Positions 8,217 through 16,640 of a DNA stretch of 32,000 bases are shown piece after piece. The notes under the pieces were generated by a model. The model did no database searches. It was not told where the DNA came from and saw nothing but the letters and a program-made list of their open reading frames with translations. The stretch comes from Okeania sp. (lineage in GTDB: Bacteria > Cyanobacteriota > Cyanobacteriia > Cyanobacteriales > Microcoleaceae): contig NZ_JAYKGW010000181.1 in the NCBI RefSeq assembly GCF_035285525.1, forward strand, positions 6,450-38,449. Reading direction: 5' to 3'. Positions within the stretch are counted from its first letter, which is position 1. Every line of letters starts with the position of its first letter. The position numbers and the translations under genes were made by a program.

Positions 8217-8370
8217 TAAACATTCAGCTATCAGCAATAATACTCTTTGCTTAAGGAGGGGGTTTAAATGAATATAGACTTTAGAACTGACTTTTGCATA
8301 TTTTTCGTTTCTCAATTTAAGAAAGCTTTTATTACTCACTAAAAGCAATAGCTGATAGCTGACTGCTTAC
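8217..8370. mobile_element. MITE family A copy 5 (154 bp, uninterrupted reference copy), 90 nt upstream of the ABC transporter ATG
   Basis: Ends are TAAACATTCAGCTATCAGC ... GCTGATAGCTGACTGCTTAC. The core is collinear with copy 1. Confidence 0.8.
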
Positions 8371-8460
8371 ATTAATTTAATTCCAGATAAAATAATCTAT
8401 TTTTCTATTTTATTGTTTGCCGAATTACTAATCTCCACTTCCTAAAACAAAAAAATTAAA

Positions 8461-10461
8461 ATGTTATTTATTCAAGAAAAAATGAATAAACTAGATCATA
8501 AACTTTTGCATGATTTTTTACATATAGCTCAACCATATTTTTATCCCGTAGAACGAAGCAGCAGTAAAATTTTCTTAGGACTATTATTTCTACTTTTAAT
8601 ATTTTTATTTGCTACTGTTTTTATAATTGTTAGCTTAGTTTGCATAGTTAGCCAAACAATATTTGGTGAATCATTCAATAGCATTGCCCCTGGTTTAGTA
8701 GACACAATTAAACATATAATTAATTCACATTGGATATTTGTAATTATCTTAACGATCGTCATTCCTAGTAGTGCTTTTTGGTACTATAGAAGACGAATTA
8801 TACCTCGTTGGCAACCTTGGGCACTATTAACTTTACTGTTATTTTTATCCCTATCAGTTAGTGGTTTAAACGTAATTATTAGCTATGTTGGTAACTTCTT
8901 TACTACCGCTCTAGCAGAAAAAGACCAACCAACTTTTTGGCGATTTCTATTTGTTTATGCCGGAGTATTTGTTGTTGGTACTCCAATAGTTGTAGTTTAC
9001 ACCTATACACGCCAAAAATTAGGACTATATTGGCGGAAGTGGATGACTAACAAATTTATTGAAAACTACTTAAATAATAGGTCTTATTATCAAATTAATT
9101 CTGAGAGAAAAATTGATAATCCAGACCAAAGAATAGCAGAAGATATTAAATATTTCACTAACCAAAGTTTGTCTTTTTTGCTCACAATTCTTGGCTCATT
9201 AATTGACGTAATTTCCTTCACCGGAATTTTGTGGTCAATATCAGTACCACTATCAATATTTCTAATTTTTTATGCTGTAACAGGAACATTAATAGCAGTA
9301 ATTTTTGGCAAAAAATTAATTAGTTTAAATTTCAACCAACTTAGACGAGAAGCAGATTTTCGTTATGGGTTAGTGCATATTCGTGACAATGCTGAATCAA
9401 TTGCTTTTTATCAGGGAGAAGAACAAGAATTATGGCAAATAAAGCAAAGATTTACTCAGGTTTTTCAGAATTTTAATTTGCTAATTGGTTGGCAGAGAAA
9501 TGTAGATTACTTTACCACCAGTTATCGATACGCAGTCATAATTTTGCCTTCTTTGATAATGGCTCCTATTTACTTTGCAGGTGAGATTAAATATGGAGAT
9601 ATTACTCAAGCAGGTTTTGCATTTAGTCAAGTTTTAGGAGCTTTTTCTTTAGTAGTTAGTCAGATTGATAATTTAACTGCTTTTGCTGCTGGTATTAATC
9701 GTTTATCTAAATTTAAAGATACATTAGAAGATAGGCAAAAAAAATTACCAGAAATAATAAATAGGGAAATTGATATTACAGAAAATTCTCGACTGGTGCT
9801 AGAAAATATTACTCTCAATACTCCTTTAAATTACGAAGCTATAAATAAAAATCAAAAGACTCTAGTGAAAAATTTATCAGTAGTATTACAACCTAGTAAA
9901 GGATTATTAATTGTTGGTAAAAGTGGCGTTGGTAAGAGTTCTTTATTAAGAGCAATAGCAGGTCTATGGAAATCCGGTACAGGTTGTTTAAAACGTCCTA
10001 ATTTGGAAGAAATGTTATTTTTACCTCAGCGTCCTTATATGATTTTAGGAAGTTTAAAACAACAATTATTATACCCTAAAATTAATCAATATTTTGATGA
10101 GTATACATTACACAAAATATTGAAAATTGTTAACTTAGGAGATTTACCAGACCGATTAGGTGGTTTTGATATAGAGTTAGAATGGGAAAATGTTTTATCC
10201 TTAGGAGAACAACAACGTTTAGCTTTTGCCAGACTATTATTAACTCAACCATCTTATGCAATTTTAGATGAAGCAACTAGCGCCTTAGACTTACAAAATG
10301 AGGCAGAACTTTATCAAAAATTACAAACAACTAAAACAACATTTATTAGTGTCGGACATCGTTTAAGTTTGCTAAAATATCATCACCAAGTATTAGAATT
10401 AACTGGTAATGCTAATTGGCAAATATTATCTGTAGAAAATTATCAAGCCAAAGTTAGATGA
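8461..10461 (+). CDS. Fused permease/ATPase ABC transporter of the ABCD / SbmA-BacA (YddA, COG4178) type
   Basis: 666 aa. N-terminal multi-TM region with the AQPYFYP and EDIKYF..(ABC_membrane_2-like) pattern. Walker A GKSGVGKSS, signature LSLGEQQR, Walker B ILDEATSALD. Confidence 0.9.
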   Translation: MLFIQEKMNKLDHKLLHDFLHIAQPYFYPVERSSSKIFLGLLFLLLIFLFATVFIIVSLVCIVSQTIFGESFNSIAPGLVDTIKHIINSHWIFVIILTIVIPSSAFWYYRRRIIPRWQPWALLTLLLFLSLSVSGLNVIISYVGNFFTTALAEKDQPTFWRFLFVYAGVFVVGTPIVVVYTYTRQKLGLYWRKWMTNKFIENYLNNRSYYQINSERKIDNPDQRIAEDIKYFTNQSLSFLLTILGSLIDVISFTGILWSISVPLSIFLIFYAVTGTLIAVIFGKKLISLNFNQLRREADFRYGLVHIRDNAESIAFYQGEEQELWQIKQRFTQVFQNFNLLIGWQRNVDYFTTSYRYAVIILPSLIMAPIYFAGEIKYGDITQAGFAFSQVLGAFSLVVSQIDNLTAFAAGINRLSKFKDTLEDRQKKLPEIINREIDITENSRLVLENITLNTPLNYEAINKNQKTLVKNLSVVLQPSKGLLIVGKSGVGKSSLLRAIAGLWKSGTGCLKRPNLEEMLFLPQRPYMILGSLKQQLLYPKINQYFDEYTLHKILKIVNLGDLPDRLGGFDIELEWENVLSLGEQQRLAFARLLLTQPSYAILDEATSALDLQNEAELYQKLQTTKTTFISVGHRLSLLKYHHQVLELTGNANWQILSVENYQAKVR

Positions 10462-10464
10462 TTA

Positions 10465-11277
10465 AATTAATAGGTAAGGATTCCAGGGAATAGGGAATAG
10501 GAAATAGGAAAAAAGTCTTTTTGCCAAAGCAGGGAAAAAGACTTTCCATACGCAAACCCTAATTAAGGCTTGCTAATGAAATCTTAAAGCATTAACATTA
10601 ATCATGGTTTGAACAATTTTAGGTGCTGATTTATCGCGAACCATAAAAGTACCAGCTTTTCAGTTAATGGAGCGGAAAAAGTGAAGATTTAGGGGTAATT
10701 ATGACAGAAAAATTCAGGGGGGATTATGAATGACCACATCTTCTACAACTCCCCTAAATCCTAACTCTTAACTACTACCTACTCCCTACTTCCCAACGCT
10801 AACAAAAAGACTTTTTTAGCCAACCTAGATACATTGATAATACCCATAAATCTTTTAAAAAAAATTACTCCCCTACTCCCCAAAAAAACTTTTTCAGCTA
10901 ACCCTATTTATACCATTTATCCATGAAGTTGCCCTTAATAAAAGGTAAAAGTTGTTGAAAAATTAAGGTCTGGGTAAGAATTATTAAGCGCATTGTTACA
11001 GAGAAATGGTATTAGAGCTTGCTGATTAAATTTAAAGGCTTTGATAGATAAAAATTTTAGCTTTTTAGGTAGAGAAAAAGTACCTGATTTTGAGCTGCTT
11101 AATGCACGGTTCCCGAAAAATCGAAAAGTTACCATTTTAGGCGCATACATAAATAGTTGAGGAAAAAAAATACTTTCCTGTTCCCCTACTCCCCTACTCT
11201 TTAAAAAATACTTTTTTAGCCAACCCTATTTAAGTTTATTCCTTCCTCCTTCCTCCTTCCTCCTTCAACCCTAATTA
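10465..11277. repeat. Mosaic array of family B units, with five forward end modules ending at ~10563, 10830, 10910, 11232 and 11277
   Basis: Each unit ends with pyrimidine or GGGAATA heptamers + AAAAA(G/T)ACTTTTTT + AGCCAACCCTATTTA-like. Units join at TAATTA. Includes an 11-bp AT hairpin (10512-10545) and (CTTCCTC)x4 at 11239-11266. The last module overlaps the stop codon of the 198-aa gene. Confidence 0.7.
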
Positions 11278-11871
11278 ACTTACAAAACTCGTTAAAATTC
11301 CTAAAATTTTTGGTAAATTATTAATCGAATATTCCTCTAAATCAACTGTAATAGTTGGAAAATCTAACTCTATAAATTGCCAAATAGTTCCTGTAGTAAC
11401 AACTCCATAAATTTTAGGAATTTCATTATTTTCTCTTTGATTAAAAATTTTAGTAGCGATCATTTCTGCCATACATTGAGCTAATCCTAACTTAATATTA
11501 TCGTTTTTTGCCTCTACCAAAACAACGACTGGTGCTTGAATTAAAATTTGCAAGCTCGAACGACTAATAATAAAATCACAAAAGCCATTTAAACCCTGTT
11601 CAATATCCACATTAAACTCTACACCTGAAAAAATACTGATTTGGTTATTTAAGTGTTTTTTTATCGCAAACAAAATTGGCGCAATAATTAATTCTGAACG
11701 AGCTTTTTCTGTACCAATAGCAACAGCAAACGGTAAGTAATATTGCAATGCATCTTGTAAAAATTGACTCGGTGTAATTTCTGACAAGTTATTAAACTTT
11801 CCCACTGTTTCAGCTATAGTTAAATTAAAAGTTTTTTGTAACTCTTCTATAGTGAATTTACTGTAAGGCAT
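11275..11871 (-). CDS. Standalone HsdR_N-like / PD-(D/E)xK restriction-endonuclease-fold protein
   Basis: 198 aa, ATG start. Pattern E-x-x-R-S-E-L-I-x-P-I-L, GFCDFII (D), VLVEAKN (E-x-K), QCMAEM, TTGTIWQF matches the N-terminal nuclease domain of type I R subunits. Assignment by eye. Confidence 0.55.
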   Translation of the reverse strand: MPYSKFTIEELQKTFNLTIAETVGKFNNLSEITPSQFLQDALQYYLPFAVAIGTEKARSELIIAPILFAIKKHLNNQISIFSGVEFNVDIEQGLNGFCDFIISRSSLQILIQAPVVVLVEAKNDNIKLGLAQCMAEMIATKIFNQRENNEIPKIYGVVTTGTIWQFIELDFPTITVDLEEYSINNLPKILGILTSFVS

Positions 11872-11900
11872 TAGTCTTAATTTTGGTTAAATAAGGAAAC

Positions 11901-12044
11901 AAGGAAGAAGGAAGAAGGAAGAAGGAAGAAGAAAGAAGAAAGAAGGAAGAAGGAAGAAGGAAGAAGGAAGAAGGAAGAAGGAAGAAGGAAGAAGGAAGAA
12001 GAAAGAAGGAAGAAGAAAGAAGGAAGAAGGAAGAAGGAAGAAGG
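11901..12044. repeat. 144-nt uninterrupted polypurine tract built from ~20 heptamers (GAAGGAA, variant GAAGAAA)
   Basis: Read directly; no pyrimidine between 11901 and 12044. Begins 30 nt upstream of the ATG at 11871, so it is polypyrimidine on the gene's sense strand. Confidence 0.95.
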
Positions 12045-12226
12045 CAAAAACTTTTAACAAAAACGTATAAACTATAGAGACAACTATCTAAAATTAATTG
12101 GAGTAGCTATTTTTAAGTATTTCCGATCAACATTCACCTTATTTGTAGCATTCTTTTTTCAAAATACTGTAATATAGAACCCGGTTATATAGTATATGTT
12201 CATAATTCTATCTAAACTTCAATCTT

Positions 12227-12261
12227 CCCATCACCCCATCACCCCATCACCCCATCACCCC
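12227..12261. repeat. (CCCATCA)x4.5 heptamer array flanked by the inverted motif ATATAGAACCCGGTT / AACCGGATTTTATAT
   Basis: Read directly. Confidence 0.85.
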
Positions 12262-12320
12262 CAACTATATAATAATTATTCAACCGGATTTTATATAACT
12301 TTTGACTTTGTACAGTTTCC

Positions 12321-12356
12321 CAAAATAAAACTCACCAGATGTTATCTGGTGAGTTT
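12321..12356 (-). terminator. Intrinsic terminator on the minus strand: 12-bp perfect stem AAACUCACCAGA/UCUGGUGAGUUU, 5-nt loop, then UUUUAUUUU
   Basis: Read directly. About 265 nt downstream of the rnz stop codon. Confidence 0.7.
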
Positions 12357-12462
12357 CCTATGTAGCTATTAAGAGTCTAAAATTTCCCCGACCAAAGGGA
12401 AACAACTTCTAGACAACCCTGCATACATGACTCAATTTATTCACGACCAATTTGCTGGTATT

Positions 12463-12491
12463 ATTATAGCACATTAGGAAGCAATTGCTAA
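12463..12491 (-). promoter_or_regulatory. Candidate sigma70-type promoter on the minus strand: -35 TTAGCA, 17-nt spacer, extended -10 TGCTATAAT
   Basis: Read directly from the reverse complement of 12463-12491. Would start a ~135-nt transcript ending at the 12321-12356 terminator. Confidence 0.4.
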
Positions 12492-12621
12492 TCTACCTAG
12501 AAAAAAATTTCTATAACCAGAACTTAACTTCAGAAATTTAGATGGTCTGTTTTTCGGAAAGGTAGTGACAGGTCTAGGCGATCGCTCCTATTCTCTGCCA
12601 AAAAGACTTGAAAAAATCCCC

Positions 12622-13599
12622 TTATGTATTACCATTATATAAAGTCTTTTTTTCTATTATGTCAGGACTTACACATTTAGGAATTTCATAACTTAGAAAA
12701 TCATAAGCCATGTCAGTATTAGGAAAAATCGCCCGTGCCTCCTGTAGCAAATCATCTAATAAAATTGGATTTCCCGGAGCATATCTAGGACTAAAATGAG
12801 TCATCATCAAATGTTTAACACCCGCAGCTAAAGCTACCTGTGCGGCCATAGTCGAAGTAGAATGCAATCTTTGAAAAGCCATATCTGCATCCTGATGAGA
12901 AAAAGTTGCTTCATGTACCAGTAAATCTGCACCTTGAGCCAATTCTACAGCTCCATCACAAAAAACAGTATCAGTACAATAAACAAACTTTCGGCCTGGT
13001 TGGGGTGCGCCACATAAATCAGCCCCATTAATTTTCCGTCCATCAGATATTGTCACCCATTCTCCCCTTTTTAGCTTGCCATAAACTGGACCTGGAGGAA
13101 TCCCCAAAGCCTTAGCCTTTTCTACATTAAAATGTCCTGGTCGATCCTTTTCTGTCACCCGATAACCAAAAGCTGTTACCCGATGTTTCAAATAACCACA
13201 ACTAACAATATATTCATCATCCTCATAAATAATACCAGGTCTACTCTCATAAACCTTAATCGGATAAGCTAAATGAGTTTGAGAATATCGCAGACCAGCT
13301 TTAAGATAATCATCTAATTGAGGTGGACCGTATATATCGACACTTTTAACATTTCCCCCTAAACCACAACTAGCTAATAACCCGGTCAAACCAAAAACAT
13401 GGTCGCCGTGCATATGGGTAATAAAAATACGACTGAGTTGACTAACCTTAAGTTCACTACGGAGAAACTGATGTTGGGTTCCTTCACCACAATCAAACAA
13501 CCATAACTCAGCCCTTTGAGGTAAACGTAGAGCAATACTTGAAACATTACGAGAGGGAGTTGGAACACCAGAACTGGTTCCTAGAAAAGTTATCTGCAA
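12622..13599 (-). CDS. rnz: Ribonuclease Z (tRNA 3' endonuclease, metallo-beta-lactamase fold)
   Basis: 325 aa. (M)[19 protein letters not shown] motif, and a C-terminal HFS region. The start codon is TTG at 13597-13599, with an in-frame TAG two codons upstream and no ATG alternative near the conserved N-terminus. Confidence 0.92.
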   Translation of the reverse strand: MQITFLGTSSGVPTPSRNVSSIALRLPQRAELWLFDCGEGTQHQFLRSELKVSQLSRIFITHMHGDHVFGLTGLLASCGLGGNVKSVDIYGPPQLDDYLKAGLRYSQTHLAYPIKVYESRPGIIYEDDEYIVSCGYLKHRVTAFGYRVTEKDRPGHFNVEKAKALGIPPGPVYGKLKRGEWVTISDGRKINGADLCGAPQPGRKFVYCTDTVFCDGAVELAQGADLLVHEATFSHQDADMAFQRLHSTSTMAAQVALAAGVKHLMMTHFSPRYAPGNPILLDDLLQEARAIFPNTDMAYDFLSYEIPKCVSPDIIEKKTLYNGNT

Positions 13600-14115
13600 A
13601 ACCTAAAATTTCCTCATTGAAATTCTACCGACTTTGAACTTGAGAGATTAACCTGGGATTCGTAAACTCTATAATTCCCAAGTCGAAGTTTTTTCTGGTC
13701 TAAATGTTTGTTCCACAGTACATTGCTAATCCGACTGCTCTTCTAAACACTCATAGTCCAGCTATCTTAGTATACAATTAGCAAATTTCTGCTCAAAGTG
13801 CAACCAAGAAAAATATCTGTAGTGGACTATTTCAACTTAAATGGTGCATGACTTTTTGATTCTGTCTAGACAAGGAAGACAAGAAAGACAAGGAAGAAAA
13901 TCGCTCTGCACATTTTTAGATGAAACAATCAAGTAGGGAAAAATATAAATCTGTAAGTCTGGTCAAGAAATCTTTTAGCTGAAGCAATAATCATCCTTTG
14001 AATGAGAACCCTGAGCTTTTGAAGTCAAGTAGTATGTTAAACTGTTATATTTGTTTTGGCTTCATCCTAAATTAACCTACCACAAATATAAAATCAAAAA
14101 TATAAAATCAAAAAT

Positions 14116-15282
14116 ATGAGTTCTGGATTACTTTTTATTTCTTTTATTACTCCTACTATTAAACCATTAAAACGTTATTGGTGGATATCTATTCTAACAT
14201 GGATATTAATGATTGCTCCTGCCCAAGCCTCCCTGAGCTTAAGAATTTCAATTCGAGAAGGAGCAAAACAAGTTAAAATAGGAAGTTCTACAAACGCCAT
14301 AATTAGAGATAATCTAGGTAGAGAAATTGGAGAATTACGACCAGCTCAAGGCTTTGCAGCCGAACTTAAATCCGGAAAAGTCTCTTTAGCCAACTGGAGT
14401 TCCGGTCAAATATGGATCGAACCCAAAGGAGAAGGTTATGTATGGATAGGCGATCGCTGGTATAGAGGTCGTACTCAACTTATCCCTCATAAAGGAGGTA
14501 TAACTGCTATTAACTATGTAAATATTGAAGAATATCTATATAGTGTTATTGGAGCTGAAATGAATGGTAATTGGCCACAAGAAGCACTAAAAGCCCAGGC
14601 TGTTGCAGCCCGTTCATACGCCCTAAATAAGCGTCAAGAAAATCTTAACAACTTTTATGATCTAGGTAATGACCAATATTGGCAAGTATATCAAGGAATT
14701 GAAAAAGAATCTCCAGGAACTTACGCTGCGGTGGACGCGACTCAAGGTCAAGTGCTTACCTACAATGGTCAAATTATTTTAGCTTTGTTCCATTCATCTT
14801 CTGGAGGACACACAGAAAATGTAGAAGATGTTTGGTCAAACCCATTACCTTACCTCCGCGCTGTTCCTGACTTTGACCAAGATGCTCCAGTTTATCAATG
14901 GACTAAATCATTTTCTCAAGGAGAATTAAAGCAACGAATCTCAGGAATAGGAAATATTCTGTCCATGACACCTCTGACAACTACTCCCCACGGTAGTGTT
15001 ACTACTATTAAGGTTTTAGGGGATGGAGGGTTGAAAACTCTGGAAGGTTCAGACTTGACAGCAGCTCTAGGATTAAAAAGTACCAGATTTACAATTCGGA
15101 TCAAGAAAAATGAAGGTCAAAAAGTTCCCACCAGTTTTCAATTTATGGGAAAAGGTTTTGGTCACGCGGTAGGAATGAGTCAATGGGGAGCTTATAATTT
15201 AGCTCGAAATGGATATAATTACCACCAAATTTTATTGTACTATTATCAAGGCGCAACTTTAGCCAGAATTGATGTTCGCTAA
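14116..15282 (+). CDS. SpoIID/LytB domain protein (amidase enhancer / lytic transglycosylase-like)
   Basis: 388 aa with an N-terminal signal/TM. Has EALKAQAVAARSYAL, FHSSSGGHTEN, GHAVGMSQWGA. Confidence 0.9.
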   Translation: MSSGLLFISFITPTIKPLKRYWWISILTWILMIAPAQASLSLRISIREGAKQVKIGSSTNAIIRDNLGREIGELRPAQGFAAELKSGKVSLANWSSGQIWIEPKGEGYVWIGDRWYRGRTQLIPHKGGITAINYVNIEEYLYSVIGAEMNGNWPQEALKAQAVAARSYALNKRQENLNNFYDLGNDQYWQVYQGIEKESPGTYAAVDATQGQVLTYNGQIILALFHSSSGGHTENVEDVWSNPLPYLRAVPDFDQDAPVYQWTKSFSQGELKQRISGIGNILSMTPLTTTPHGSVTTIKVLGDGGLKTLEGSDLTAALGLKSTRFTIRIKKNEGQKVPTSFQFMGKGFGHAVGMSQWGAYNLARNGYNYHQILLYYYQGATLARIDVR

Positions 15283-15286
15283 AAAT

Positions 15287-15691
15287 AAAATTCATGCGTT
15301 CAAAAGTAAGATTTTATAGACCCAAAACTTTTATGGCACAGTAATTTTAGGTAATTATTTGACATTTTAAAGTAGAAAACTATTTCTAACATTATTTTTT
15401 AAAATTGGTATAATAACAATTGCTTAGGCAAAATTAATTATCTAATTTTACTTCCAAATTATAGAGCATATATGTTTTTCAGCAGATAAAATTCAAAATT
15501 CATGCGTTCAAAAGTAAGATTTTATAGACCCAAAACTTTTATGGCACAGTAATTTTAGGTAATTATTTGACATTTTAAAGTAGAAAACTATTTTTAACAT
15601 TCTTTTTTAAAATTGGTATAATAACAATTGCTTAGGCAAAATTAATTATCTAATTTTACTTCCAAATTATAGAGCATATATGTTTTTCAGC
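15287..15691. repeat. Tandem duplication: two 197-bp copies (15287-15483, 15495-15691), period 208 bp, 2 substitutions
   Basis: My base-by-base comparison found only tatttCtaac/tatttTtaac and cattAtttt/cattCtttt. Each copy carries an extended -10 TGGTATAAT (15406-15414, 15614-15622). Starts 5 nt after the SpoIID stop. Confidence 0.95.
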
Positions 15692-15815
15692 TTGAAAGTA
15701 TGTGTAATTAATTCTGCATAACTACTTAACTAAATTACTAATTGCTATCATATTACTTTTGCCCTCGCACCTCTGAAAAATTTCTGGTATAAGTAGAGCC
15801 ATATTTTTGAAATAA

Positions 15816-16043
15816 CAAATCCAAAAGTGGGAATGTATCTTAGTAGAAGTAAGTTCTTATCCTTTTGGCGATAAGCTGATTAATTTATATGTGTCAAATA
15901 GTCAAGAATGGCGACAATGGAAAGATAGAAAATTATACGAATTAGTTAATCATTTCGGTGATGAAGAATATGAATTAGTCAGCTTTAGTCATCACTCAAA
16001 ATCTGACAATAATTATCTTATCTTTAAATGTCCGAAAATTTAA
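15816..16043 (+). CDS. DUF4177-like mini-protein with no canonical start codon (stop-to-stop frame of 75 codons). Possible ATC start at 15819, or a start-loss pseudogene.
   Basis: My translation is QIQKWECILVEVSSYPFGDKLINLYVSNSQEWRQWKDRKLYELVNHFGDEEYELVSFSHHSKSDNNYLIFKCPKI*. The pattern KWE(Y/C)..V ... G.E.(W/Y)ELVS ... FK.P recalls DUF4177. The only in-frame ATG/GTG/TTG is GTG at 15891 (50 aa), which would remove the conserved N-terminal strand. Confidence 0.35.
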   Translation, partial: QIQKWECILVEVSSYPFGDKLINLYVSNSQEWRQWKDRKLYELVNHFGDEEYELVSFSHHSKSDNNYLIFKCPKI

Positions 16044-16176
16044 GCATCTAGCTATTAGTCATCAACTAAGGAAGGAAGCAAAATTTAATTTAAAATATAA
16101 TACTAAGACGCATTTAAAATGCTTTTTAGGAATCCAGAATCCATAATTAATTAGCAATAAGGGTTGCATTATTAAC

Positions 16177-16444
16177 TATGGTTTATTGATTAAATTATAG
16201 AAGAATTGAGATATCAAAGTTTTAGAGTTTTTAGGTATCAAAAAAGCGGGAACTTTTAGGCTACTGACGCTGCAAAAATTGAGGATTTTTGGCTGACTAT
16301 TTATTATAAAATAATCGCTCTTACCCCACATTCCGACCAAATCCTTTGTAACTCTTATCTCTCTTAACTCTGTACGGAAGTTCCACGCAACATCCCTACG
16401 ACTCCCTAACTCAACAAAAAGACTGAAGAAGCGCAAACCCTAAC
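16177..16444. mobile_element. Family B MITE-like element (268 bp) inserted into another repeat
   Basis: Left end is TATGGTTTATTGATTAAAT, right end AAAAAGACTGAAGAAGCGCAAACCCTAAC. The flanks reconstitute the uninterrupted repeat seen at 18587-18651. Confidence 0.7.
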
Positions 16445-16640
16445 TTAAGAATATAACAAATATGCGGTTGAAATGCTTAACAGTTTACATAACTTCTCTA
16501 CTATTTGTCTAGTTTTAAATTCAGAAAAATATTGATAAATCATAGCCTGAAAAGCCAGATATTATTAACCAATAGCCAACAAATAATAACTAAATACTTA
16601 CCCGAAATTTATAATCTAACATTATAGATACTTTATAGTT

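Noticed and set aside
10551-10563. CAAACCCTAA / TTAGGGTTTG element ends resemble telomere-type repeats
   Set aside because: They are single copies at element termini, not tandem. This is a coincidental similarity with no biological implication in a bacterial chromosome.
10935-11150. 71-aa minus-strand ORF
   Set aside because: It is embedded in the family B repeat mosaic, and the sequence recurs as non-coding repeat at 20815-20950.
11901-12044. Could the heptamer arrays (here and at 1075, 1318, 12227, 18651) be CRISPR or other guide arrays?
   Set aside because: They are contiguous 7-nt tandem repeats with no unique spacers, and no cas or other effector genes are nearby. They fit STRR-type short tandem repeats of filamentous cyanobacteria.
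16176-16436. 86-aa minus-strand ORF
   Set aside because: It coincides with the inserted 268-bp family B element. The repeat is non-coding elsewhere.
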